The notes under the pieces: generated by a model
What the model was told of the DNA's origin: nothing
Databases searched by the model: none
The model's input: only the letters and a program-made list of their open reading frames with translations
In this document: positions 37,074 through 50,635 of the stretch, piece by piece
Position numbering within the stretch: position 1 is the first letter of the stretch
How the letters are laid out: the number at the start of each line of letters is the position of its first letter
NCBI RefSeq assembly: GCF_006345805.1
Contig: NC_043001.1
Coordinates: 82,708,001-82,772,000, forward strand
DNA: 64,000 bases
Reading direction: 5' to 3'
From: Octopus sinensis
Taxonomy: Eukaryota
Translations under genes and position numbers: made by a program

Positions 37074-37585
37074 TTCTATAAGTATATTTGTGTCTGTGTT
37101 TGAGAGGGTATATATATAAATATATGCATGTATGTATTTGCAAGTGTATATCGAAGTATTTATTTGCTTGTGTGTATGTTTCCGTGTGTGTGTGTGTGTG
37201 TGGTGTGTGTGTGTGTGCGTGTGTGTATGTGTGCGCGCACACGCACGTGTGTGTTTGGTTGTTATGTATCTGTACATGTGGTATGCAACCATAAATATTT
37301 AGATAAGGGTATGCATATTTATGTTTTAGCATCTCCAATAAATATTACGAGACAAAAACATGGTTATGAGTGTATATATATGCGATTCGGCCCCGGATTA
37401 CATTTATATTATATACACGTCCTTGTATATACACATGCATACAAGTATCAACCGGGATGTATATTCTTGTACGAATACTTATCGGTGTTTCTATAAATGC
37501 ATGAGTATAATTGCGATGTGATGTATGTATTTACGTACATACATATACATAAACATACATACATATATACATGAATACATATGAA

Positions 37586-37617
<32 letters not shown>

Positions 37618-37730
37618 TGTATGTACACGAACACACACATATCTACATACGTATATATATATATATACATACATATATATATATATATGTCTATATATAC
37701 ATACATATATACATGAATACATATGAATAC

Positions 37731-37761
<31 letters not shown>

Positions 37762-37818
37762 TATATGTGTGTGTATATATACATGTATACTTGTATACAC
37801 ACACACATATATATATAT

Positions 37819-37851
<33 letters not shown>

Positions 37852-37905
37852 CATATGTATGTATACGCACATACACTATCAGCTTCACAGGTTCATGTAC
37901 ATATA

Positions 37906-37946
<41 letters not shown>

Positions 37947-37982
37947 TTATGTATGTACACGAACACACACATATCTACATAC

Positions 37983-38033
<51 letters not shown>

Positions 38034-38038
38034 TATAT

Positions 38039-38083
<45 letters not shown>

Positions 38084-38349
38084 ATAATATATAATATATA
38101 TATATATATATATATTCATATATATGCTTATACATAGGTATATAGATGGATAGATGGATGGACAGACTCAAAGAAGACATAGATAATAGGCAGACAGACT
38201 GATAGATCGATCAATCGATAGATAGATAGATAGATAGATAGATAGTTAGATAGATGTATAGAGCGAATGACCGTGAGATAGCCTTGCTTTTATAATCTTG
38301 GTTTCCTGTCTGCAGTAAGATGTGTAAATGAATATTTATGCACGTGGGC

Positions 38350-38394
<45 letters not shown>

Positions 38395-38639
38395 GAGTGA
38401 GAGAGAGGAAGAGAGAGAGTATGAATGAGAGACCATGTGAGCTTGTGTAAGTGTACAGCGATGTGCACATATTTGTATGTGTGAGTGTGTGTGTGTGTTT
38501 GTGTGTGTGTTCTTTTCGTTTGTACGTCAAAGATTCATTACAAGTAAATGCATGTCTTGTACGTTACGTTCATTTTAACAAATAATAACATCCACAATAA
38601 CATGAAGAATAATAGCATATTCTGTAAATGATAACACCG

Positions 38640-39005
38640 GATAGATTAACAGCTCCATATCAACGTCGCCGTCGCCGTCGTTGTTGTTGTCGCCATCCTC
38701 ATCGTCATTACCATTATCGTCGTCGTCGTCATTTTGATCGTTATCTTCATCATCATTAACATCGTCATCACCACTATCATCATCATCATTTTGATCATTA
38801 TCTTCATCATCATTAACATCGTCATCACCACTATCGTCGTCATCATTTTGATCATTATCTTCATCATCATTAACATCGTCATCACCACTATCGTCGTCAT
38901 CATTTTGATCATTATCTTCATCATCATTAACATCGTCATCACCACTATCGTCGTCATCATTTTGATCATTATCTTCATAATCATTAACATCGTCATCGTT
39001 GTCGT
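38640..39005 (-). repeat. 57 bp higher-order repeat of a (GAT)n-type microsatellite, about 5 copies
   Basis: Minus frame reads (DDEDNDQNDDDDSGDDDVN)n. Confidence 0.9.
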
Positions 39006-39227
39006 ATATTGTCATCCTAGTCGTCCGTGCCTTGTCCTCTTCGCCTCGTCGTTGTCGTTATCATCATCATCGCCATCCTCGTCATCCTCGTCGTCGGCAC
39101 GTCCTTGTCATCATCAGCATCGCCTTCGTCATCATTCACCACCACTACCATCATTAGTGATGATATAAAAAAACACAAATGCTTATAACAAAACAGAAAA
39201 CCATGACAACCACCACCACCACCACCA

Positions 39228-39258
<31 letters not shown>

Positions 39259-40044
39259 GCAACAACAATAAGAACAAAATCACAGCAACTACGATATCAA
39301 CAATCGTTGCTTGTAATTCAAGTACGACAAGTAATTTTTAGTGTCTGTCAGTGTTAGTAAATTACACAACTCCTGTATTTGACTGGTACTTTATTTTATC
39401 TAAACTGTGCGGTAGGTGCATTTGTTCTAGAATCTTTTCCTCCTCTTCCATTTCGATCTAGAGGAGGATATCTACTGTGGTCTCTGACCAAAACATCCTA
39501 TCATTTCGCTTCACTTCGAGAGGGGTTTCACTACCCTCTAGATTGACACACTCCAGGAACCATCAAATGTCTAACTCAGGCGGAACGCTTTCCATCTTAA
39601 CGTGACAAGTCTGTCTCCTTAAATACGTTATGTAGACGGTGAATTCAATACGAGTGATTCTCTCTTGAAGGGGTTCTTTACGCTCCTGGACTGTCTTGCC
39701 CTCTTCACATGATCTCTTTCCACTTAGGCGTATATCACTACTTCTAAGCGTCTGGTTTTAGCCGATACACGTTGATTCGCGACCGTCTTCCGAGCAGTTA
39801 CTGCTAAGTCCTCGGCTGTCATAGCAACTTGTACTCTTATCCCATTCAACTTCACAAGTTTCTTCGCTTTTGAGAGTCGTGCCTCCTTATCGCTTAGCGA
39901 GAGCGAAAAATATTGCATTGATTTTTCAGCCATCCCTGCAAAAAATTGTCTGCATATGGTTTCCTTCATCCACTTGCTTGTCGTCATCGTCATTCATGTT
40001 GTTATTGTCATTTTGTTATCATCCTGCGTGCGTAAGCGAAAACA

Positions 40045-40490
40045 GGGTATTGTAATCATTCATCTTTGTCTGTCTGTGTGTTTGCAAAATTACCGGAAAA
40101 CGGCCGAACGGATTTTTACCAAAGTTGGCAGAAATACTCATTGGGTGAGTGGCTCGAAATGATGAAAGTTTGATTCGATTATCTTCAAACTTACATAAAT
40201 ACATGCATGAATATGCGACTCTCTGTGTGTGCGCGTGTACAGTGATAATAATGGTGATACTTAAAATAAAATAGTTTTTTTTTTTAAAGTTGAACTTACA
40301 AATTTGCCGATAAGCAAGTGGTCATATTATTTATATCCTACAACGAACTACAGTACATTTGACTCATTTTATGCTATCTTTTTCTATTTTTAATTCAAAA
40401 CACCCTAAAATAACATTGAAATTTCTTTGCCAACTCGTTTTTAACGTTTCCGCGAAAAAAAAATTTATCTGCGCGTAGGGTATGCATCAC
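40045..40490 (+). mobile_element. Possible non-autonomous Helitron/Helentron-type (DINE-like) repeat relic
   Basis: TCTGTCTGTGTGTTTG...AAAACGGCCGAACGGATTTTTACCAAAGTTGGCAG resembles the AACGGCTGAACCGATTT..ATGAAATTTG core recalled for such elements; no clear termini. Confidence 0.4.
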
Positions 40491-40557
40491 CCCCCTCCGA
40501 TGCCTTTTTCTTTCATTGTTAGTGTTTTTGCCGTTGCCATTGCTTCTTTTGATGTCG

Positions 40558-40589
<32 letters not shown>

Positions 40590-41176
40590 GCCTTCAGTGC
40601 TGTTATTTTTGCTGCTGCTATTCTGCCGCTGTTATTACCACTTCCGCCTCTGCTGCTGCTGCTGCTGCGGCTACTACCGCTGATGTTGTTACTACTTCTT
40701 TGCTGCTGCTGTCGTTCCTTTTGCTTATTTTGTTGTCGTTGTATTTGTTGCTGTTGCTGCTACTCTCATCTACCGCTAAGTAGAACTTTGAACTAGTTGA
40801 GCTTTGAACTTTGAGTAAAGAAATTTTCTCTTCTACTTTCGCGAACAGAACGCACTCTCCGCTAACAATGCTGATGCTGCTTATGTCGCTTTTGCTAATG
40901 TTATTACTGTTGTTCTCGAGTCCCTGCTCTCTAACGAGACTGGTAGCGGTATGAGGCTCTTCTGCTGCTTCCTTATTGAAATAGTTGGCTTTAACAACAC
41001 CTTAACTTAGAACATAATTTGTAGTCCTCCCCTTCACAAGCGAACTGGGGTGCGAGTTCTAATGTTAAGCTCTAAGAAAAATTAAACAGACTAAACAAAT
41101 AATTTCCATCAAAATTCAACAAACCTTTCGGAGTGGACGTAGACACGTGTAAACAAGACGGCGATGATGGTGGTGG

Positions 41177-41207
<31 letters not shown>

Positions 41208-41257
41208 AATGATAATAATAATAATAATAATAATAATAGTAGTAGTAGTAGTAGTAG

Positions 41258-41605
41258 TAATCCTTTCTACTATAGGCACAAGGCCTGAACTTTTGGGGAA
41301 GAGGACTAGTCGATTACATCGACCCCAGTGCTTGACTGGTACTTGATTTATCAACCCTGAAAGGCAAAGTCAACCCCGGCGGAATTTGAACTCAGAACGT
41401 AAAGACGGAAGAAATTTCGATAAGCGTTTCGTCCCGGAATGCTACCGTTTCTGTCTACTTGTCTTTTTAATAACAAAACTTTTTCTACTATAGGCACAAG
41501 GCCTGAAATTTGAGAGGAGGGGAACTGTTGATTACTTATTTTAGTCGACCTCGAAAGGGTGTTAGACAAAGTCGACCTCGACGGAATTTGAACTCAGAAC
41601 CAGAA
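41258..41605 (-). mobile_element. Two SINE family A copies/fragments
   Basis: TTTCTACTATAGGCACAAGGCCTGAA...GGAATTTGAACTCAGAAC occurs twice. Confidence 0.82.
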
Positions 41606-42032
41606 GAAATGTTGCCATGTAACAAGAACGAGTTAATTTTTTCAGTCTATTGTCTCGCGTCCTGGTTAACTGGACTGTGCCTAAGAAATATTCTCGTAGA
41701 CACAATAATAATTTTTGTAGCGAGATTTGGAAACAAATATACATAAAAAAAAAAAGGCGCATCATTGTGCTAACTGCAGAAAACATCCAGAAGTATATAG
41801 AAACACCCAGAAAGTTGCGGAAGTGTACTTAACACCATCTTGTTTTTAATCAGACGGCAGTGATGTTTCGCCTGTCAAGAAGGACATAAAATAAATGGAT
41901 TTAGCAACGAGGGAAAAAGAAAAATGTGGCTTTATTTTTCATAATTTGATCAACTATTGGCGTATGATTTATAACATTGTCAGTTTAGTTGACAGTCTGT
42001 AGAGATCGTTTTTTATTATTTGTGTTTTGGAA

Positions 42033-42570
42033 AGGCGGCGAGCTGGCAGAATAGTTAGCACGCCGGGCAAAATGCTTAGCGGTATTTCGTCTGCCGCTAC
42101 GTTCTGAGTTCAAATTCCGCCGAGGTCGACTTTGCCTTTCATCTTTTCGGGGTCGATAAATTAAGTACCAGTTACGCAGTGGGGTCGATGTAATCGACTT
42201 AATACCCATGTCTGTCCTTGTTTGTCCTCCCTGTGTTTAGCCCCATGATGGTAGTAAAGAAATAGGTATTTCGTCTGCCGCTACGTTCTGAGTTCAAATT
42301 CCGCCGAGGTCGAGTTTGCCTTTCATCCTTTCGGGGTCGATAAATTAAGTACCAGTTAGACACTGGGGTTGATATAATCGACTTAATCCGTTTGTCTGTC
42401 CTTGTTTGTCCTCTCTGTGTTTAGCCCCTTGTGGACAGTAAAGAAATAAGAATCGTTAGCACGCCGGACAAAATGCTCAGTGGTAGTTCATTCGATTTTA
42501 AGTTCTGATCTCAAATTCCGCCGTGATCGACTTTGTCTTTCATCCTTACGGGGTTGATAAAATAAGTGCT
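42033..42570 (+). mobile_element. SINE family A concatemer (full unit, headless unit, older partial unit)
   Basis: Junction AAGAAATAG|GTATTTCGTCTGCC at 42265/42266; second junction at about 42449 into GAATCGTTAGCACGCC. Confidence 0.9.
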
Positions 42571-43228
42571 TCAAAATACCACAATATATGAAGTTTTGTC
42601 AAGCTTTCTTATATTCGTTTAAGATTCTGGGTTTGGTGTATTTTATTATTATTAGAAGGCGAACTGGCAGATTCGTCAGCACTTCAGGCAAAATGCTTAG
42701 CAGTATTTCATCCGTCAGTATGCTCTGAGTTCAAATTCCGCAGAGGTCGACTTTGCCTTTCATCGTTTTGGGACTCCATTTAATGTTTAAAATGCGATGA
42801 AGGCATTTTTGGTGGAATTGTTCTAACAATTTAAAATATGTATATATATGTATATTTTTATTTTTATATACATATTATTTACATTTAAATCTTTATTTAT
42901 ATTTTTAAACTGCATACCTTTTACTTTTTTATATTTATATATATTATCTATATTTAATTCTTTCATCCTTACGGGGTGGCCACAGCATGGCCACAGCTCA
43001 TTAGCTGAAACTGGAAAAATCAAAATCAATCAAATATTTGCAAATCACATGTACTTTTCTTCTTTTTTTATGTATGAATGAGCTACTCCGCATCGGTCAC
43101 CGGAGTGATATTTGATCACTTTATAGGGTATTTGAGTGTCGGTTTGGTGTCTGGAATGGGATAGCTTACCTAATGTGCAAGTAGAAGCTCTCTCCTTCCT
43201 CCTTCTCCTCTCTCTCTCTCTATGTATG

Positions 43229-43273
<45 letters not shown>

Positions 43274-43317
43274 GTGTGCGTGCACATATGCATGTATGTA
43301 CATACATATACATATGT

Positions 43318-43432
43318 TAAGGGTACACGTGTCTGTGGAGTGCTCAGCCACTTGCACATTAATTTCACGAGCAGGTTGTTCCGTTGATCGGACCAACTGA
43401 AAGCCACGTCATCGCAACCAACGGAGTACCAG
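43318..43432 (+). mobile_element. SINE family D 3' tail
   Basis: GTTAAGGGTACACGTGTCTGTGGAGTGCTCAGCCACTTGCAC...CGTTGATCGG...AACCAACGGAGT. Confidence 0.75.
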
Positions 43433-43534
43433 TTCTCTCTCTCACTGTTTATATTTTTCATAGAGGACAATGGTCTCCGCGAATATTGTATAGCACTCTC
43501 AAAACACTACGCAGTCAACAATGAGAAAGAGAAG

Positions 43535-43615
<81 letters not shown>

Positions 43616-43620
<5 letters not shown>

Positions 43621-43798
43621 ATCCCTCAACTATTGCGGGTGTTACTTTCCAAACCCTCCTGCTATAGGTGAAAATCCGCGAAGTAGAAACAGTATATTTT
43701 TTTAAATCGGAGAAATCGACGTAAACTTACGTAATATATCGCGATAGGTCGATAGGTGAGCCGCGATAGATGAACTGAAATACGGCGAGGGATTACTG
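43616..43798. mobile_element. Tigger/pogo-like non-autonomous DNA transposon relic
   Basis: Ends AGTAATCCCTC... and ...GAGGGATTACTG (TIR CAGTAATCCCTC); internal CCGCGA/TCGCGA repeats. Confidence 0.55.
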
Positions 43799-43814
43799 CT
43801 TATATATTCTTTTA

Positions 43815-44031
43815 TTATTTTATTCTTTAACTTGGTTCAGTCATTTGACTGCGGCCATGTTGGAGCACAGCTTTTAGTCGAACAAATCGATCCCAAGATT
43901 TATTCTTTGTAAGCCTAGTACTTATTCTACCAGTCTCCTTTTTTCCAAACTGCTAAATTACGGGGACGTAAACACATCAACATCAGTTGTCAAGCAATGG
44001 AGGTGAGGGCAAACACACACACACACATACA

Positions 44032-44067
<36 letters not shown>

Positions 44068-44250
44068 TATATATACATATACACGACGGGTTTCTTTCAG
44101 TTTCCGTCTGCCAAATCCACTCACAAGGCTTTGGTCGGCCCGAGTCTATAGTATCAAAAAACTTGCCGAAGGTGCCACGCAGTATGACCGAACCCGGGAC
44201 CATGTGGTTGAGAAGCAAGCTTCTTATCACATGATTACAGCTGCGCCTTT
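43815..44250 (-). mobile_element. SINE family B, full-length, diverged
   Basis: Head AGGCGCAGCTGTAATCATGTGATAAGAAGCTTGCTTCTCAACCACATGG, (TG)n slot, tail ...GCCGCAGTCAAATGACTGAAC. Confidence 0.85.
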
Positions 44251-44262
44251 AAAACATATATT

Positions 44263-44492
44263 TATTTCTTTATTGCCCACAGGGGGCTAAACATAGAGGG
44301 GACAAACAAGGACAAACAAAGAGATTAAGTCGATTACATCGACTCCAGTGCGTAACTGGTACTTATTTTATCGACCCCGAAAGGATGAAAAGGAAAATCG
44401 GCCTCGGCAGAATTTGAACTCAGAACGTAACGGCAGACGAAATACTGTAAAGCATTTCGCCCGGCGCGCTAACGATTCTGCCAGCTCACCGC
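44263..44492 (-). mobile_element. SINE family A long-tail copy with 17 bp TSD
   Basis: CCTTTAAAACATATATT at 44246-44262 and 44493-44509. Confidence 0.93.
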
Positions 44493-45009
44493 CCTTTAAA
44501 ACATATATTAAAAACATTTTCTAACTATTGTGCTTCTAGATAGTTTTGATCTTTGATCGTCACTAGATGTTTTATTGCTTCATAGATAATATGCGTGAAC
44601 CTCGACTAGATTTGAACAAGTGACTAGTAAAGTAGGCATAACTATTTATTGTATATAATTGATATGTGAGACAGAAGAAGAAGACAGAGGTGGAAGTGCT
44701 AGACACATAGAAGGTCAATTACCTTATGATTATCTTTTCTTGTAATTCTTGAATCAAGACATAACCTGCTCGAGGCAATTCTACAAACAAATACGACTGA
44801 TATTCAATGAAACAACGACGCTTCTCTTTTATCGTTGCAAATGTCAGCCGTTCTGTGTAAAGAGACATTATAAAGACTGTCATCTCAAATAATAACTATA
44901 CGCTGTAAATATATGCCTGTAAAGATGAGACTAATGATCTAGGAAATGATTATGTTAGCGACTCGTCTCAGAAATTTTGACACTATCATTTTGTGGCACA
45001 AATTTTGCA

Positions 45010-45500
45010 AAAACTCGATGCAAATTAATACAAATTCGATGCAAATTAACATTAATTCGATGCAAATTTATATCAGCTCTATGCAAATTAATACTAATTA
45101 GATGCAAATTAATATAAACTGGATGCAAATTAATATAAACTCGATGCAAATTAATACAAACTGGATCCTTTCTCCTATAGGCACAGGGCCTAAAAGTTTG
45201 GAGTATGGGGCATCAACCCCAGTGCTCGACTGGTATTTATTTCATTGACCCCGAAAGGATGAAAGACCAAGTCGATCTCAGTGGAATTTGATGCAAATCA
45301 TATAAATTATATAATTAATGCAAATTAATTATAAACTCGATGCAAATTAATATAGACTTGATGCAAATTAATGTAAACTCGAAGCAAGCAAATTAATATA
45401 ATCTCGGTGCAAATTAATATAAACTCGTTGCGAATTAATGTTAGCTGGATATAAATTAATATAAACTCGGTGCTGATTAAAACGAGAAACTGGACGCAAA
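45010..45500 (+). repeat. 21 bp minisatellite (consensus AAACTCGATGCAAATTAATAT), interrupted by a SINE A fragment at about 45165-45290
   Basis: ATGCAAAT at 45018, 45039, 45060, 45081, 45102, 45123, 45144, 45291, 45318, 45340 and 45361, plus degenerate units. Confidence 0.92.
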
Positions 45501-46615
45501 TTGAAAATAACAATCGCAACAAATTATAACATTTTTAGAGCAAAGAAAATAGTTGTTATTTAGACGTGAATATTTTGAAGCTTTTGAACTTGCACTAATA
45601 CGTTTTAGATTTAAATTCGTTTCATCATTTGTATTAGACCTGCAGTGCTGCCTTTACTTATGCATGACGACTCAAAACAACAATGGCTTATCTTAAGTTA
45701 CGAATATTGGTCTATTACAAAGTACTAAACAGTGAAACAAACGGGGAGCTACATAAGAAGTTAACACTTGAAACTCGCCAGCATATAGTGTATGGCGTCA
45801 GTTACTGATGCAGATGGTATTGAAAAGACAACAAAATATAATTGAATATGCTAAGATCATGCATCATATTTGCAGTCGAATAATCTATCTTTTACAACTT
45901 TCAACACAAATACAAACTGGGCAGTGAGAAGACAGTGCTTCCTGTTGGAAATATTACACGGTGATCTGTTAGATTAACCATTTTGTGGCAAAGTATGTTG
46001 TGTTGTTCGCAGCGAGGCGGAAGTATGGTTGGTAGTGTCTGAGATGGCGTCAAAAATATAAAGCATGAACAAATTGAGTCACTTGTTGATGAATTAAACG
46101 AATGTCCATATTATTCTATAGTTAAGATGCTCACTTTGCAACGACATGGTTTCGGATTCAATCTCACTGCGCGGCACTTAGAGCGAAAGTTTCCTCTGCT
46201 TTAGCCCCGGCCTGACTAATGTCTAGAGAGTAAATTTGATAGGCGAAAACTGCGAGGAAGTCCGTCGCATATATACGTAAAAACATGTGTGTCTATATTT
46301 GTACTTCCCATCTACCACTTGACAACCGGGATTGGTTTGTTTGCATCCCTGTATCTTAGCAGTTCAGCTAAAGGAACTAATAGAATAAGTACCAGACACT
46401 GTGCAATGGCTGAAACAAGTAAGAAATAAAAGAAATTAGCACTGCAGAATCTTTTCAAGCGTTTATATTCCAGGTATGGAACTGACCGCGTCCCATCAAA
46501 CTATAACCAAGCCATCTTGACGGAAGAATGGTTTCATTGAAACCATTCCAAAATAAAACAAAGGATTCTCATAAACTCATGAAAGATGTTTTGATACTTG
46601 TTCAAGAAATGTACA

Positions 46616-46776
46616 GGCGCAGGAGTGGCTGTGTGGTAATATGCTTGTTTCCCAACCACGTGGTCCCAGATCTATTCCTACTGCGTGGCACCTTGGGTAA
46701 GTGTCTTCTACTTTAGCCTCGAGCTGATCAAAGCCTTGTGAGTGGATTTGGTAGACGGAAACCGAAAGAAGCCCGT

Positions 46777-46853
<77 letters not shown>

Positions 46854-47075
46854 ATATATGTATGTATGTATGGTATTTGTGTGTCGGCGTTTGTCTCCCC
46901 ACCATTGCTTGACAACCGATCTTAGTGTGTTTACGTCTCCCTAACCTAGCGGTTCGGCAAAAGAGGCCGATAAAATAAGTACTAGGCTTACAAAGAGCAA
47001 GTCCTGGGATGGATTTGTTCGACTAAAGGCGATGCTCCAGCATGGCCGAAGCCAAATGACTGAAAGAAGTAAAAA
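46616..47075 (+). mobile_element. SINE family B, full-length (an older diverged copy lies at about 46130-46430)
   Basis: AGGCGCAGGAGTGGCTGTGTGGTAAT...(TA)n...TTGACAACCGAT...GGCGATGCTCCAGCATGGCC...GACTGAAAGAAGTAAAA. Confidence 0.9.
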
Positions 47076-47187
47076 CAGAAACTAAAAGAAAGTTGTGATT
47101 ATTTATCGCTAGAGAAAGGCATCAGAAATATGGCGTGATGACGTTATATAGTCAGTATAGCGAGTGTGTTTGTAGAATCATCAAGTG

Positions 47188-47425
47188 AAGGCGTGTATCG
47201 CTTGGTGGTTAGTGTATTCGACTCACGATCACAAGGCCGTGAGTTCGATTCCAGGCAGCGCGTTCTGCCTTTGAGCAAGACCCTTTATTTTACGCTGCTC
47301 CTGAGGACTCAGATGGCAAAAATGAGTGACGCCTGTATTTCAAAGGGTCAGCCTTGTCACATTTAGCATGTCACAATGAATCTCCCTGAGAACTACGTTA
47401 AAGGTACGCGTGTCTGTGGAGTATT
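47188..47425 (+). mobile_element. SINE family D (tRNA-like head), tail truncated
   Basis: GGTGGTTAGTG...GTGAGTTCGATTCC...TTGAGCAAGACCCTTTATTT...GAGAACTACGTTAAAGGTACGCGTGTCTGTGGAGT. Confidence 0.75.
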
Positions 47426-47479
47426 AGCAGTATTTCGGGCCTTGCGCCTAATGTAGAAAAGGATATTTGTATAATAGAA

Positions 47480-47692
47480 AGGCGGTGAGCTAGCAGAAAC
47501 AATTGCACGTTGAGCGAAATGATTAGCGGTATTTCGTCTGCCGTTACGTTCTGAGTTCAAATTCCGCCGATGTCGACTTTGACTTTCATCCTTTTGGCGT
47601 TGATAAATTAAATAACAATTGCATACTGGGTTGATCTAATCGACTGGCCCCTTCTCCAAATATTTTGGGCCTTGTGCCTAGAGTAGAAAAGA
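47480..47692 (+). mobile_element. SINE family A short-tail copy with 17 bp TSD
   Basis: ATATTTGTATAATAGAA at 47463-47479 and 47693-47709. Confidence 0.9.
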
Positions 47693-47934
47693 ATATTTGT
47701 ATAATAGAATCGATTATGTTGCTGTTGCTAAGAACCCCGTTTTATAGGCCATAGTTTCTGTAAACATCTTTGTTTACATCTCGTGTCTAATCTGGTGTGA
47801 GCTTTTGTCGAGATTAAAAGAAGTTTCCAGTGGAGAGGATTCAATAAGGGCGATGGAAACATCCAAGTAGCGTGTCCGTGTTGCTCCACATCTCCATCTT
47901 CCTTTCTCCTTCTCTCTCTCTTTCTCTCTGTATA

Positions 47935-47938
47935 TGTT

Positions 47939-47995
<57 letters not shown>

Positions 47996-48806
47996 CGTAC
48001 ACATCGCATTACTGCAGCCATTGCAACAACGATTCTTGCAGATACATCTCTGCAACTACCACCATACAACTACAGTCAACACTACTACATTATTACAGCT
48101 GGTACTACAACAGACTCTAAGTCTTACGACCACAATACTATAGTCCACACCAAAGCCTATACTACACTACAATCTCTTGGCTACACTTCTGCTGTTGCTA
48201 CTACACATCACAACAAACCACACCACTCTACAGCTCCCAAACTGCAACAACCTTAATATTTCTACTACTACGCCCACACCACTACAATTACCACCATACT
48301 ACTACAGCCAATACTACAATACTATTGTCTGTGCTATAATATTTCCTACAGTTACTTGTCTGCATTCATCAACTCTTCGCTACAGTTACTACCACAGCAC
48401 TGTAACCAATACAAAACTATATCTACAGTTACATTTTAACAACTGCCACCTCACCACTACTGCGAACACTACACTAGCACTTCCACTACCGTAGTTAATA
48501 TAACTATTGTTATAGCTACATTCAACACTATAACCATACCACTACAGTTCATACCACAGTACTACAGCCAACCCACAACCACTCTTACAACTACATTTCA
48601 GCAAGTACAACCGCACCGCTACCGCCAACATTACGCTACCACTTCCACCACTACAACCAATACAATTATTCTTACAACTACATTTCTACACTACAACCAC
48701 CCCACTACAGTTCGTACCACAGTACTACAACCAGCACACCACTATCCTTATAGCTACATTTTAACAACAACAACAACCGCATCACTACCACCAACATTAC
48801 AATACC
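47935..48806. repeat. (ACT)n followed by a degenerate ACN-rich compound repeat
   Basis: Recurrent CTACAGTTC.TACCACAGTACTACA and CTTACAACTACATTT blocks; no long ORF. Confidence 0.75.
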
Positions 48807-49039
48807 TATTTCTTTACTATCCACAAGGGGCTAAACACAGAGGGGGCAAACAAGGACAGACAAAGGGATTAAGTCGATTACATCGACCCCACTGCGTAAC
48901 TGGTACTTAATTTATCGACCCCGAAAGGATGAAAGGCAAAGTCGACCTCGGCGGAATTTGAACTCAGAACGTAACGGCAGACGAAATACGGCTACGCATT
49001 TCGCCCGGCGTGCTAACGTTTCTGCCAGCTCGCCGCCTT
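48807..49039 (-). mobile_element. SINE family A long-tail copy, near-consensus, with 16 bp TSD
   Basis: CCAACATTACAATACC at 48791-48806 and 49040-49055. Confidence 0.95.
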
Positions 49040-49129
49040 CCAACATTACAATACCATAACTACAAACTTAGCCAACACAATTAGCTTTACTGTTACATTT
49101 CTACAGGTACCACCTCATTACACAGCTAT

Positions 49130-49685
49130 GCTCTTTCACCACACAACTACAGAGAAGACCACAATGCTACAACTTTCACGGCTTCCCTCTAATATGTTGC
49201 CCCACCACACAACTACAACCAACACAACAACAATATATCTTAGATATAGGAATAAAGTTATATATTTAACCAGTAGTTGTTGCCCTGCTGTCTGCTTCAA
49301 TAGATTTCATTGTTCTTTCACCACACAAGACTACAGACAAGACCGCAATGCTACAACTTTCACGGCTTCCCTCTACTATGTTGCCTCACCACACAACTAC
49401 AGCCAACACAACAACACTATATCTTAGATATAGGAATATAGTTATATATTTAACCAGTTGTTGCCCTGCTGTCTGCTTCAATAGATTTTATGGCTCTTTC
49501 ACCACACAAAACTACAGACAAGACCGCAATGCTACAGCTTTCACGGCTTCCCTCTACTATGCTGCCTCACCACACAACTACAGCCAACACAACAACACTA
49601 TATCTTAGATATAGTTAGATAACCAGGAATAAAGTTATATATTTAACCAGGAGTTATTGCCCTGCTGTCTGCTTCAATCGATTTC
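49130..49685. repeat. Three tandem copies of an about 185 bp unit
   Basis: CACCACACAA.ACTACAG...ATGCTACA.CTTTCACGGCTTCCCTCT...ATCTTAGATATAG...TTGCCCTGCTGTCTGCTTCAAT three times. Confidence 0.9.
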
Positions 49686-50500
49686 ACGGTAACGAGTAAA
49701 TATTCTGTTTACTTTTTTCACTAACATTTCAAATATTTACTCTCTATACTACTATAGAAAACGTGTATTCCTTGTATTAGCGTTAAACTATTTACTCTTC
49801 CTGATATCATTGTTTAATCTTTGTTTACTCGTTTCTCTATCATCGAACATCAGTCGAGAGGTTCTCTTTTGATGTGAAAGTTTAAAAATTTGTTGTTGCA
49901 ATGTAAATCTAATTGGTTAAGTCACCGTTGACTGATGCCACATCTTCTGTGATTGCTGTCTGCGAAACCCATGGCTTTGCTTTCACAGTAAACTGGCAAT
50001 GGCGTACGTTTTGATTTGACAAACATATTCCAGACTAAACAGTCGAACAATCATAGCTGAATGAACACATGTTTCCTTTAACGTAAAATTTTCAACCGTG
50101 ATGGTCACACTCGAGGGGTTAGCACTCAATGAGTTGAATTCCTGTATTCTATTCCTCTTTGGAACTATTTCTCTTGATTTACGCCAATAATGATCTTAGG
50201 AAATGGACAAATGTACAAATTTCCCATTTCCTATTCACAAACAACCCCTTAAACATTATATAAAATTCAGTTTAACTTATATTTCATTTTTTTATTTTTA
50301 GTTTAATTTTTAAGACTGTATACATTCTGTATTTTAATAAGGAAACCTCTACATATGATTCAGACAATATTTGAAATCTGGATATGAGACGTTTTGGCAT
50401 AGCCGTTTCGGCGCCTGCCTATTCGGTGTCGCTAATTTGACACTGATTTATTTGGCATCAGAACTTTTAATGTTTCTCTCGTTTTACCCCGTCTTTCTTT

Positions 50501-50557
<57 letters not shown>

Positions 50558-50635
50558 TTTCTTTCTTTCCTTTCTTTCTTTCTTTCTTTCCTTCTTTTTC
50601 TGTTAATGTGTTTGAGCATATTTCGCTTTATGTGA

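Noticed and set aside
47935-48806. Thr-rich mucin-like exon
   Set aside because: The reading frame is broken repeatedly; better explained as a decayed (ACT/ACC)n repeat.
50395-50465. Second hammerhead at the inverted Penelope end (CTGATGC...GCCGAAACGG, minus strand)
   Set aside because: A9 is missing and stems I and III do not pair.
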